Below are positions 20,005 through 30,642 of a stretch of DNA of 64,000 nucleotides, piece after piece. This DNA is from Cyanidioschyzon merolae (lineage: Eukaryota): the NCBI GenBank assembly GCA_000091205.1, contig AP006501.2; one strand, 5' to 3'. The notes under the pieces are model-generated. The model was not told where the DNA came from. It saw only the letters and a list, made by a program, of their open reading frames with translations, and did not search any database. Within the stretch, counting starts at the first letter, position 1, and every line of letters starts with the position of its first letter. The position numbers and the translations under genes are program-made.

Positions 20005-22506
20005 ACTCATTGAGAAAGATACGTAAACGGCGCGTGCGCTCCACGCCAGACCGAGGCGTAGCAGCGAATCATCCGTACATGGCCCCCGATGGGACACGCT
20101 ATTTGTGGCAGCGGTCCGCGAGAAGAAAGCGATACCGTCGCGCTCGTACTTGCTGCTTTTATGCGTATATGAGTGGATGACGCAACCCAGGCGATCGAAA
20201 CGTCTACAGCCCGGGCGCGAAAAATGAAGCAGACTGAGGGTAACGGCCGTTTGCGGATCAATCGCAAATGCACCCTGGAGGCGCACCCTGCTGACGTCGT
20301 ACGATCACGTTGCCGGTCCAGAAAAGTGGGAATTCACGCGAGGCATTCCTGATGTGTCGACAGAGGCAAATGACAGGCTGGTGGCGGTGGAGGAGCTCGA
20401 AACGCTTCCGACTTTGGACGGGACATCGTCGCCAGCGCACGAGTCGCGTAGCTGCGTCCGAGTTCATCGTTTGGCGCTCGGCCTCGGGCTGACGGATATC
20501 GTATCGTAAGGCTGGTTTACGCATCATGTCTGTCTTCGTTGCATCTTGCGCTCCTACGTGTTCCTCAACGGACCCGTATAGAGCAAAGCAGACGACGCCC
20601 TGTCCGAATACTAACGCCTCGCCGCCACATGCGTTTCTTCTACGCGTCTCCCATATGTCACATCAAGGGTAATGATGGCATCGTAGACACGTTTGACCTG
20701 CATGGAGTCACCAGGGATCGACGGCCGGCCTCTCCGAGCAAGAAACAAGCATTCGACCGGCGTCGCGAAGCGCATGGACGGTGCTTATCCCAGGTCTCTC
20801 GTTCACAGATACAATGCGGAGCGAATGAAAATCCATATACAGGCATTTCGTGAAATCTCGACCCGAGTCGAGCAACGAGACTCATTCTCAGCCGCTCACC
20901 GTAGATGAAGAGATGGACCTGGAGATGCCGGGCTGAAGAACCTCATTGCCGTCGATGCAACGCTGCGTCAAGGAGACACAGCTAGAGACCTGAACGGAAA
21001 ACAGATGAAACGAGGCAACGTTACCGGGGCTCGTCATAATCCGTAGTCGGGCATGGCAGATGCCGGGACGCATACCAACAAATGGGATGAGGTCGTCGAG
21101 ACCGGTCTCGACACTCTCGACATCGTACTGAATAGTGGCACATGGCTTGTGCGCTTCATGTAGAGAGACTATCAATGTGTAAATCGCTCATGCGGACGAG
21201 GTTTTTGGCAGGACAACACGAGACCGCGCCAGAACACCAGCGATTTCAGTTGTTCAAGGGCGAGAAGCTCGCATTCGCCTACTTGTTCAATGCCTTGGAA
21301 AAGCAAGTAACTGACAAGTCGCGTTGTTAGGTAGTGACCCACGGCGCCGAGCACGCTGTAGCGCGCAAGGGCTGCTTTCGCGCTACCTCGTCCATAGCCT
21401 GCAACGAGCACGGGGATCGATTCGAAACGATTCCCATGGATGCGTCCAGGACGGCATCCATGAATCATGAGCAGGAGCGCACGCTGCAACAAATAGAGAA
21501 GAAGAGCGCCAAACAGAGACGGTTGCAAGAGGTGATGTAGAATACGCGGACCGGACCTCAAATGGCGAGACAATCGTAAGCGAGAGGCTTGCTATGGAAT
21601 GACTCCAGAGCTGGCAAGCATGCGCGCAAACGTGCTTCGCACTCAGCCTTGAACGCGTCAATGAACATCCAAAAACATGTCGTGCTTGCAGAGCGCCCAG
21701 CGGCTCTGTGTCGAGGCAAGTCTCTGACGGAATCGTTCAGTACCCAGTTTGGGCATCGTGCAGAAACGTTGCGATCTGGCGATGAGCGAAAATCACTGGT
21801 CACGAGAGACGGGATTGGATCCTCGCCTGGAGCAAGGCATTGGCATGGTCGGGTTCCGCTCTGTCACGAACCGCTGGAGCACCGTCTTCACACAACGGGA
21901 ACGATTTTGCGGGGTTACCGGTCGACGAAAATTCGTGCCCCATGGTTATCGATAACCGATTCCAGCACACTTGTTCTTCACGCCGTATCAGAAAAGAGGC
22001 GCGTCTCATATGCAATGCTCGTCATATCGACGCATTCCACGACGGGGTCCAGGGCCTGGGCGGGTCCCCGCTGAGCCTCGGCGACGACGACGTCGCGCGC
22101 ACTGTGCGCAACGGCACGAAGGCGGTTGTGCGGCACGCCTCAGAAATACAGCGCGTACGGCACTTTTGCCGTTTCGCATACATATCCACGCATCAGAGAC
22201 GCGGTCCTTACCGAGTACCTGGGCAGACTCGCGTCCTGCACACGACGCCAGCACAGAGTCACGTCGACGGATCGCAGCCGATGAGAGCAGTTGCAGAGGA
22301 TGCCTCCGAGGACCCGTGAGCGATTCCTCCACAGCAGCCGCCACAGCAGCCGCCACCACGGCCACTTCCATGTACGATGGTTCCGCGAACGATACCGGGA
22401 ACTGGCCCCCATCGGGCCGTGTTACGCGTCAAATACAACGCGGAGATTCTCTCGACAGCGTCTACCGACAGCAGAAGAAGCAACGCGCATCCGCGTTTCA
22501 TCGACG

Positions 22507-24885
22507 TCAATCGCTCGCCTCTTCGACAAGCGCGGCATTTATGGCAGTGCCAACCTTCACGTAACGCCGCATCTCAAAAACCAGGGCCGCATCATCCACG
22601 AGCAGCGCTCCAAGTTCGGATGAAGCGTCATAAGGCAGCAGCCGTTGCAGGTTCATGTTGTAGCGTCGAAGTTCCTGAAATGAACGTCTCAGAACAGATG
22701 CACCGATCTCCCAGTTCGGAAAACTCCGCACGATAGCCTTACACACGAGTTCGAGCTGGGCCTTCCACTCCGAGCGGAACTCGGCCAACACGAGGCGCCA
22801 GTGCTCCGTCGACGGTGCGTTCGCTCTCGGTGACGATTCGGCCTTGGAGGAGGCGAGCGTCAGAAACTCCCCGAAACTGCCCATGAGCACCATCGCCGCC
22901 AACTGATTCGTACACGCCTCGAGCTCCAGCTCGAATTCCCGCTTCATTTCTTGCAGCGTTTCGAGGCCAGCGTCGGTGACCGGATCGCGCTCACGCTGAA
23001 CCGAGGACGCCACCCGAGTCAGGCGTTGAACAATCGTTCCTAGCTGATTGATGAGGAACGCGTTCCTGTTCTGAGCCGTCTGAAAACGCTCCGCCATGCC
23101 ATGCAAAATGCGATGCATCTCTCGTTGCTGCACGTGCAACGACTTGAGCACCATCGCATCCGATGAGGGCACGCGTAGCGCCAGCGTGAGCAGTATCTGC
23201 ACGTAGTCTGCGTAGCGTTGCACAACGGCATGTATGCGCCGTGCGAGCTCAGTCTCCGGATCCTGTTCAGCACTGTATGCAGCAGCAGATATTTCGAATA
23301 GGAGCCGTGGATCCGCTTGCGCAAGGCTCGTTTCGTTCGCATCCAAAATTTCCTTCAGACGCGGAATGATCGCTAGTTCGACACGCGAGAAGAATATCTC
23401 GAGCAGCGCGAGTCCATTTGCACGTGCGTCGTCTCGCTGCGTCTGTCCGATTCGGGTGCACAGCAGGAGACCAACCACATCTGTTGTCCGGGCGAAATAT
23501 TCTGAGAATCGCTCCGCCACATAGTCTCTTGCCTGCAGCATGACGTGCTCCAGCGTGGGCGACTCAACAGGTCCGAAAAAGTCCGCGAGAAAGTCCCTTT
23601 CAGAGCTGCAGATCGTTAGTAGCATCCTTCCAACCGACCAGAAGATGCGTTCTGGGGGAATGAGCCGCCCCTCGGCCTGAGCGACGGCGAGAACTAGTGG
23701 AGGCTCGGCCAGCTCCTCCAGAACGGCTAGGCGCTGGCCGAGACCACTGGGAGTGGCAGCGCCAGCCGCGGTCCGGTCACCTGCCGCAGCGCTACCAGCT
23801 GTTGTACCAGCGCTACGCATTCGATCACCGCTGGTGGAGGTGGCGGCTTTGCTGTTGGACATCCAGGAGCTCGTGAACATCGACGGCAGACGAAACGACG
23901 TCGCGGTTGGCAGCAAGCGCTGCCAAACCGCCCCAAGGGAGCTCGACATTGACGGTGGAATCAGCAAGGTATCTTCGAGATTCTGGTCCGGCTCGTGAAG
24001 GGCCCAGAGTCCATCCAGGTACTGGCGAAAGAAATTCAGATACACCCGACTCTGCGTATTCTTATATGTTTGCGTGATGCTCTCAACCGCCTCCGGTGCA
24101 ACGTCTTGCAGAAACTCGATGAAATACCTATATTTCAGGAGCATATTCTGTTGCAGAATCTGAATATTCGTATTCGGCTCTTCCAGACGACTCATTTGAC
24201 CCAGCAAGAACGCCTGCAACCGAGCGACCACTCGACGCTGCAGCTCGTGCAGGATAGGTCGCAGGTCTTTGTAGGCCGCAGTTCGCTGTACATCCGGAAG
24301 GCTGGCGAACGCTAGCTTACTGCGAAAGCGCTTCACTTCTTCGAGGTAGACTTCATCGATCTGTGGGCGTGCTGTGAGCCTGCGTACGAGCGCTGGTGGT
24401 AGCACGACCTCCAGGGCGAAGGCTTGCAGGTGACCAGCCGCTTCGCGTGTTGTGTGCACGCGCTCGTTCCAGCGCTGACTTTCTACTTCATCGAAAGCAA
24501 GCCGACGTCTGCGGTCGTCCAGTTGCCCTAGAACTTGACAGAGTCTTTCTTCGGCGTCGGTGAAGAAGCCCTCGCAGCGAGCGAGTTCGGTAGCGGTAGT
24601 CTCGAGCAGCGGCTCGTCGGCAGCCACTCGTTGCAGCAGCTTCGATTCGAGCGCCCGCAGCTCTTGCTCGTACTGTAAGTAGAGTTCTTGCACGTGTTGC
24701 AGGGTGTCCAGAGACAGCGGCCTCTCGACCTGTGGCGCGTCGTCGAGTTCGCGTGCGAGTTTCTCCAGAAGCCGCCCTAAGTCGTCATCGAGTGCATCTT
24801 TCCCCAGAGGCGCTAGTGGTTCCTCCGGTTGGGCGATTCGCCAAGCCACGGCAAAGTCTTCCTCAGAGAAGAGGCTTTCTCCCAT
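22507..24885 (-). CDS. VPS52: VPS52/Sac2 (GARP/EARP tethering complex subunit)
   Basis: ILQQNMLLKYRYFIEFLQDVAPEAVESITQTYKNTQSRVYLNFFRQYLDGL resembles the VPS52 block LLKYRFFYQFL...AKEIRDEYVETLSKIYLSYYRSYLGRL. MLLTICSSERDFLADFF resembles ALLDNSCREYLFICEFF. C-terminal SEWKAQLELVCKAIVRSFPNW resembles SWKSSVESLSQDVMRSFTNF. Track start is GTG at 25170; first ATG at 24885. Confidence 0.7.
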   Translation of the reverse strand: MGESLFSEEDFAVAWRIAQPEEPLAPLGKDALDDDLGRLLEKLARELDDAPQVERPLSLDTLQHVQELYLQYEQELRALESKLLQRVAADEPLLETTATELARCEGFFTDAEERLCQVLGQLDDRRRRLAFDEVESQRWNERVHTTREAAGHLQAFALEVVLPPALVRRLTARPQIDEVYLEEVKRFRSKLAFASLPDVQRTAAYKDLRPILHELQRRVVARLQAFLLGQMSRLEEPNTNIQILQQNMLLKYRYFIEFLQDVAPEAVESITQTYKNTQSRVYLNFFRQYLDGLWALHEPDQNLEDTLLIPPSMSSSLGAVWQRLLPTATSFRLPSMFTSSWMSNSKAATSTSGDRMRSAGTTAGSAAAGDRTAAGAATPSGLGQRLAVLEELAEPPLVLAVAQAEGRLIPPERIFWSVGRMLLTICSSERDFLADFFGPVESPTLEHVMLQARDYVAERFSEYFARTTDVVGLLLCTRIGQTQRDDARANGLALLEIFFSRVELAIIPRLKEILDANETSLAQADPRLLFEISAAAYSAEQDPETELARRIHAVVQRYADYVQILLTLALRVPSSDAMVLKSLHVQQREMHRILHGMAERFQTAQNRNAFLINQLGTIVQRLTRVASSVQRERDPVTDAGLETLQEMKREFELELEACTNQLAAMVLMGSFGEFLTLASSKAESSPRANAPSTEHWRLVLAEFRSEWKAQLELVCKAIVRSFPNWEIGASVLRRSFQELRRYNMNLQRLLPYDASSELGALLVDDAALVFEMRRYVKVGTAINAALVEEASD

Positions 24886-26535
24886 AAAGAGAGGTCGGTG
24901 GCTCTCGTTCGTGTCCCCCGAAGAGAGACCGCGTCGCTTAGAGCCAGAGTAGAAAGGCTTCCGCACGGAGTTTTCGAGGCCTACGGTCGACGACTCTACC
25001 AAGAGCACCCTGGTTGTGCAAGTGCTACCAGTAACCAGCGAAGACAAAGCCGTCCTCCTTTGGAGGCGTCCACGTTCTACCAGCCCCAGTCCAGGCGTGC
25101 AGCTACGCACTGGTGAGGCAGGCGTTGCATTCGTTCGTGACGGGCCGCCCGCACCATACGGGTGCCACACTGTTGCGATCCCGCAACAAGCGTCGTGTGT
25201 TCATCCAAACGACAGGTCCGCTGATACAGGTCACGCGCTTTCTTGATTCGTACGTGATGCTGCGGCGTGCATAGCCTGTGTTTACGCATACGATTTGCGG
25301 TGTCAGGTCAGGCATGTCTGAGCACAGGATGCACGCTGGTGGATGCTTCTCATCGACACGCGCGCCGTCACCAGCACATAACGTCGCATATATCGCGTTT
25401 CCCAGAGCGAGTGCCCGTTCTCCAGCACATTCGTCGCATCTTTTGAACAGGAAGAGCGCTGTTCACGCATCTGCTGGCCGGATCCGAATCCACCGAAAGC
25501 ATCGAACGATGGATTCACCGGCATGCAAGACAAGTACCAAAGGCGCTGCTGCACGTTCCACACATCCACAGAGGAAGAATGAGACGAAGAAGAAATAACC
25601 GGTGAGGCGTACCCTGGCAACATTTGCCGATGATTTGGGCGCATTGCCTGACACGCCCATGATACCGATCCGAGAGTTGCAGCGTCATCCTGCGCCAGCG
25701 AGGACGGGTGCAATGCACCATGTCATCCTATATCCAATTATGTCTCATGAGCGAATCGGGTCATGCGTGACGCCTCGGCTGTCGACGGCGCGCGGGTGGC
25801 AGCGTGCACCCGCACACCAGGCGGCACGATGAGGTGTCGCGAGTCGTGCCGTTGACGAGCACCCCTAAACCGTTGACGAACGGTACAGCAGCGCTGGGCC
25901 GCTCAGTGCATCACTTGACACCACGCGATGCCTCGATCAGCGACAGTTTCAGAACGAGCCTTCGCTCATGAACCCTGTATACTGCCTGGTGCTTTTGCCA
26001 TGCGCGAATATCAGCGTCGATGCTACGGCACTGCACCACGGAATTGGAAGCAACTCGTAGAGTCTCTAGGACGATGTCGTGACATGCCCGAAATATCGGT
26101 GTAGAATATACACAGGATCTCGATTGAGCGGTACAGCGGCAGCGATCAGGGTGCTGAACATGGCTTGTTTGCGATCGATCACCGACCCTCGCAGGGATGA
26201 TGATGGTGCATCGCGCGGCGAGCGGATACTTCATCGATTCCAGAATGAATGACCCGTTAGGCGTCCGTGCGAGGCTTCACAGCCGCAACCAACGGATTCC
26301 GGAACTAAAACGTTCCAGAAAACCTGGCGTTTGTGGATGCGCAAACGCGGCTGGTGATCAGAGCAGCATCCTGACGGCTCCAGCAGATGCCTCAAGGTGA
26401 CATTTCCCTCTACGCAGTACCATTGCGTTCCCATCAGGTGCGCTCATGGAATCGACCAAGACGCCTGCGGAATCGCATTCGCTGCCAATGATAGAGGCTG
26501 CATACGCATCGCTGCTGCAGAAGCGCCTCGCTTTG

Positions 26536-26610
26536 GCACCAGCACCAGCACCAGCACCAGCACCAGCACTAGCACCAGCACCAGCACCAGCACCAGCACT
26601 AGCACCAGAG
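26536..26610. repeat. (GCACCA)n hexanucleotide microsatellite, ~12 units
   Basis: Direct reading of the sequence. Spuriously translated as poly-AP/poly-ST/poly-LV in three overlapping ORFs. Confidence 0.9.
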
Positions 26611-26993
26611 CACCTCGCCCGATCCGCAGACGCTCAGCAGCGAGGCGCAGCGGCGTCGATGCTGGCGCCACCGCGCGGCCGTTGCCCGGAGTGCGTACTG
26701 ATGTAGCGTTTCAGTACGGCCTGCACGTTCGACCTTATCTGCGCCTGTGGAGGCGTCGGCGGCGGTTTCGTAACACTCCAGCCTTCCTCGAGGACGATCA
26801 GCAGACACCGTGACTCGTGGTGGTGCTGTGCGGTGCTGGGCTTCGTAACGGCACGCAAAGCAGCATCAACGTAGCGGCGCTAAGGTTCGGCTCACACGCG
26901 GTCTGGGCGCCGTTCGAGCTGCGACACGGCGTGTGTGCCTGGGTCGTGAAAAGCGCGCGTGGGACGCTCGGACTTTAGATCTGCGGAAGATTC

Positions 26994-28742
26994 ATGGAAA
27001 AACCCGTAGCCGACGGGCTTGAGGGACTTGAGCTCGAAAAAAAGCAAAGTCATGCACCAGATTCCGTCGCGCTCGGGAAGGAAAAGCCGGCTCGCTCTGC
27101 TGCAGCGCAGGGATCCGTGTCTGCGGAGACAAAAAAACGTGTCGAGCGAGAGACGAAAGAAGGAATAGATTGCCGCAAGGCAGATAACTTTAGTGCATGG
27201 TACCAACAAGTGGTGATCAAAGCGGAGCTCATTGAGCTCTACGATATCTCCGGCTGTTACATCATTCGACCATGGGCGTACGCCGTCTGGGAGAAGATCG
27301 TCGAATTTTTCGACGCTGAAATCAAGAAACTTGGCGTCCAGAATGCGTATTTCCCTGTCTTTGTTTCCGAACGTCGTTTGCGAACAGAGCAGGAACACCT
27401 GGAAGGGTTTGCCGCCGAGGTGGCCTGGGTGACCAAAAGCGGCTCCAGCGAGCTCGAAGAGCCGATCGCCATCCGCCCGACGTCGGAAACGATCATCTAT
27501 CCGGCGATGGCGAAATGGATACGATCGCACCGGGATCTACCCTTGAAGCTGAACCAATGGAGCAATGTCGTGCGTTGGGAATTCAAACACCCGACACCCT
27601 TCATTCGTTCACGAGAATTTCTGTGGCAGGAAGGCCACACCGCCTATGCCGATCGATCAGCAGCTGACGAGGAAGTGCTCCAGATTCTCGAGCTCTACAG
27701 GCGCATCTACGAGGAGCTGCTTGCGGTTCCCGTGATCAAAGGCATCAAAAGTGAGCGGGAGCGGTTCGCTGGCGGCCTGTACACAACCACCGTAGAGGCA
27801 TTTGTGCCCGCAAATGGCCGTGCTGTACAAGGTGCAACGAGTCACTCCCTGGGCCAGAATTTTGCCCGCATGTTTGGAGTGTATTACGAAGGCAAAGACA
27901 GCGGAGAGAAGCTCATGCCTTGGCAAAACTCATGGGGTTGCACAACACGCACCATTGGTGTTGCCGTTATGGTCCACGGAGACGACAGAGGCCTCGTATT
28001 GCCCCCACGCGTGGCACCACTGCAAGTGGTCATCGTGCCCATCATCGTGAAGAACGCCGCAGCAAACGTATCCCAAGTATGCGAGGTTCTCTGCCTGCGA
28101 CTCCAGCGTGCAAACCTGCGGGTGAAATTCGATGATCGCCCCGAGAAGACCCCGGGATGGAAATTCAACGAATGGGAGCTGCGAGGCGTCCCGCTGCGCA
28201 TAGAAGTCGGCCCTCGGGATGTGCAGTCGAAGACGATCACCATTGCACGCCGAGATACCATGGAGAAGCGAAGTATCCAGTTGGTAGATTGGGATGCGCT
28301 TGAAGCAGACGACAGCTTTGGCAGGGAAATTGCGAAAATCCTCGACGATATCCAAAAGAGCATGTTCGAAAGGGCTTCTGCTGAGCGAAACGCGCGCATT
28401 CGCTGTGTCGCAAGCTGGGAGCCGTTCATGAAAGCCATCATCGAACGTTGCCTGGCACTGACACCATGGTGCGCTGAAACCAACTGCGAGGAGCAGGTTC
28501 GTCAGAGAAGCATGCAGGACTCTGTGAGCTATCGTGAGCGCCTGGCCAACGAAGTCGACCCTGCCGCCGCGGACACTGTCCTCTCTGGTGCAGTGAAAAC
28601 GCTTTGCATGCCCTTCGCGTCCGAGCTGGAGCGGCTGCGTCTCGTTGACCGGTCAGAGTACGAGGCGCCAGCGCCTGGCAAACAGTGTTTTGCATGCGAC
28701 GCAGCAGCAAAGCGCTGGGCACTCTGGGGTCGTAGCTACTAG
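26994..28742 (+). CDS. prolyl-tRNA synthetase, eukaryote/archaeal type (class II aaRS)
   Basis: 582 aa with an ATG start. YDISGCYIIRPWAYAVWEKI, WSNVVRWEFKHPTPFIRSREFLWQEGHTAY (motif 2), GGLYTTTVEAF...GATSHSLGQNFA (motif 3), anticodon-binding LQVVIVPI, and a C-terminal ProRS-C domain ending in Tyr. Confidence 0.85.
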   Translation: MEKPVADGLEGLELEKKQSHAPDSVALGKEKPARSAAAQGSVSAETKKRVERETKEGIDCRKADNFSAWYQQVVIKAELIELYDISGCYIIRPWAYAVWEKIVEFFDAEIKKLGVQNAYFPVFVSERRLRTEQEHLEGFAAEVAWVTKSGSSELEEPIAIRPTSETIIYPAMAKWIRSHRDLPLKLNQWSNVVRWEFKHPTPFIRSREFLWQEGHTAYADRSAADEEVLQILELYRRIYEELLAVPVIKGIKSERERFAGGLYTTTVEAFVPANGRAVQGATSHSLGQNFARMFGVYYEGKDSGEKLMPWQNSWGCTTRTIGVAVMVHGDDRGLVLPPRVAPLQVVIVPIIVKNAAANVSQVCEVLCLRLQRANLRVKFDDRPEKTPGWKFNEWELRGVPLRIEVGPRDVQSKTITIARRDTMEKRSIQLVDWDALEADDSFGREIAKILDDIQKSMFERASAERNARIRCVASWEPFMKAIIERCLALTPWCAETNCEEQVRQRSMQDSVSYRERLANEVDPAAADTVLSGAVKTLCMPFASELERLRLVDRSEYEAPAPGKQCFACDAAAKRWALWGRSY

Positions 28743-29346
28743 ATACATGTTTTAATCAATTTAAATGAGGCTCGTGACCTGAAACCCACACGACATGCTG
28801 CACTCCTTGTCTGAACAGACGCGCGACGCCGAGCTATGCGACATGAAGCTGTCGCTGCGAAGCGTCGACACAGCGACTGTATACGCGGTGCTCGCGTGCA
28901 ACAGAGGCACCTTTCTGGCGTCCGCGAAAGGACCACGCTTTCAGCAGCGATGCTGTTTTCGTGGTGGTGTCTCGGCGGATGCACCCGGATGCCGGTGGAT
29001 GCGCGCCAGCTAACGGTCACTGGGCAAACGGCTGTTATTCCTTAACCGACACGTTTACGTTCCGCAAGCGCGAACCCTGGATTTCTCATACAAACTCATT
29101 CTTGGTCAATCTGGTAAGCAGACAGCATTGTTAGACAAGCACACGCAGCCGCGCGCACCGCGGCAGTCGACAGACGCAATACATGGGCGTCAGCGCTCCC
29201 AGCCGGCGAACAACAACTGTGCTGGACGCTCCATGAAGCAGCGCAAACCGGCAGCTGTGGCGCGATTTACCAGCGCTTGCTCGCAAAGCGGCCCGCACAC
29301 GCTGCACCGGCTTGTCTGCTCGCAAAAGAACCGAGAACACCAGCTC

Positions 29347-29598
29347 CTATACCCGCGTAGCGGCTGGTGCACAGACCGGAACCGCTCTGCTGGGACACCA
29401 CGCCTCTACGTCATAGATGACCCGGATGCGAAGCGAGCACGACGGGCACTTGGCAATCTGTTCCCCACGCCGCATTTCTGCGACTGTGAGAACGAATAGG
29501 TCCCCACACGGGCAATTGTACGTGTACCTCTGGGCATCTTCTTCATAGTTCATATCTTCGATCTCGACTTCGTCGTATACATTAGTCTCTGTTTCCAT
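29347..29598 (-). CDS. DPH3: diphthamide biosynthesis protein 3 (DPH3/KTI11, CSL zinc finger)
   Basis: METETNVYDEVEIEDMNYEEDAQRYTYNCPCGDLFVLTVAEMRRGEQIAKCPSCSLRIRVIYD matches DPH3 YDEVEIEDM...FTYPCPCGDRF...CPSCSL.IKVIYD. Start set at the internal ATG 29598; the track ORF extends to 29748 into transposon-derived sequence. Confidence 0.8.
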   Translation of the reverse strand: METETNVYDEVEIEDMNYEEDAQRYTYNCPCGDLFVLTVAEMRRGEQIAKCPSCSLRIRVIYDVEAWCPSRAVPVCAPAATRV

Positions 29599-29749
29599 TC
29601 CCTGGTCGTTATCCACGAAGCGTTCGCTCGAATGACGCACCCGGTGAATGCGAAGACAACCCTGAAAACAAACCCCTTTCAAAAGAAAAACGTTGCTGCC
29701 AACGGTGTACGGTAGTGGCGACCAGCGCCTAAGCCTTGACGTCTCCAAC

Positions 29750-30200
29750 TGACGTGTAGACGCCTCGCCGTCTTTCTGGACCGGCCGCCTACAACTGGTT
29801 TCAATTGTTTCTCATATAGTTCCACTTTGAGAGGGTGTCCCACAAAGTTCACTCTTGTCCACTTTGGAGGCTTTTTCTCCATCATCGCACATCTCCCTAC
29901 ATTGATTGCTGCGTGAGAGTCTCGGTTCGCAAATTCCATACGTTTCTTGCCATCACTGGTAGTACTTACTAGTGCAAGCAAACCACGCACTTTCGCTCTC
30001 CTTTCCATTTGATCTTCCGTCAGCGCTCCGTACTTTTTTATATCCTCAGGGCTCCGCTGGCACTTTTCCATCTCCACTCTCTAAAGAGTACACCCCAGTT
30101 CATGGTGTGTATAGGACGTTCGGAAAGCATCTACAGGTATCGTGACGAAACGCCGTGCACACTCCTTGTGCGTTCTTGTCGTTGGAGCTGGTGTACACTC
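29750..30200 (-). mobile_element. 5'-truncated Fanzor/TnpB-like 3' fragment (zinc-finger region + RuvC-III + 3' end)
   Basis: Minus-strand frames give ECTPAPTTRTHKECARRFVTIPVDAFRTSYTHHELGCTL then MEMEKCQRSPEDIKKYGALTEDQMERRAKVRGLLALVSTTSDGKKRMEFANRDSHAAINV...RRLHVSWRR. These are colinear with the copy A/B C-termini. Confidence 0.7.
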
Positions 30201-30552
30201 CAGAGGGTGGAGATGGAGAAATGCCAGCGGAGCCCTGGGGATATAAAAAAGTACGGAGCGCTGACGGAAGGTCAAATGGAAAGGAGGGCGAAATTTCGTG
30301 GATTGCTTGCATTAGTAAGTACAACCAGTGATAGCAAGAAACGTATGGAGTTTGTGAACCGAGAACTTAACGCGGCAATCAAGGTAGGGAGTTGTGCGGT
30401 GATGGAGAAAAGACCTCCAGCGTTGACCAGAGAGGATTGTATGGGGCAACCTCTCAAAGTGGAACTATTTGAGAAAAAAATGAAACCAGTAGTAGCTTGG
30501 CGGCCCAGAGAGGCTGGGAGCCGTCTGCACCTCAGCTGGAGACGATTTGTCC
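30185..30552 (+). mobile_element. 5'-truncated Fanzor/TnpB-like 3' fragment, inverted partner of 29750-30200
   Basis: The plus strand encodes VEMEKCQRSPGDIKKYGALTEGQMERRAKFRGLLALVSTTSDSKKRMEFVNRELNAAIKV...SRLHLSWRRF, ~80% aa identity to its minus-strand partner. The junction lies at ~30184, where homology switches strand. Confidence 0.7.
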
Positions 30553-30642
30553 AAGGCGCGTTCGCCGCCACGACTACACACCGCTGGCGGCAGCGGTTCT
30601 CTTTTGAAAGGCGTTATCGGACTAGCCTCTGATTCATCAAGG

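Noticed and set aside
20888-21573. Possible frameshifted enzyme gene on the minus strand. Peptides FESIPVLVAGYGRGSAKAALARYSVLGAVGH and IQYDVESVETGLDDLIPFVGMRPGICHARL hinted at a DJ-1/PfpI- or Rossmann-like fold.
   Set aside because: The resemblance is too weak and discontinuous, and I could not place any catalytic motif with confidence.
26397-26813. ORFs encoding poly-TS, poly-AP or poly-LV (26397-26813, 26446-26706, 26444-26671) and CVCV/HTHT peptides (40073-40504, 40261-40506, 40286-40525).
   Set aside because: They are translations of the (GCACCA)n and (CA)n microsatellites in all frames and strands, not genes.
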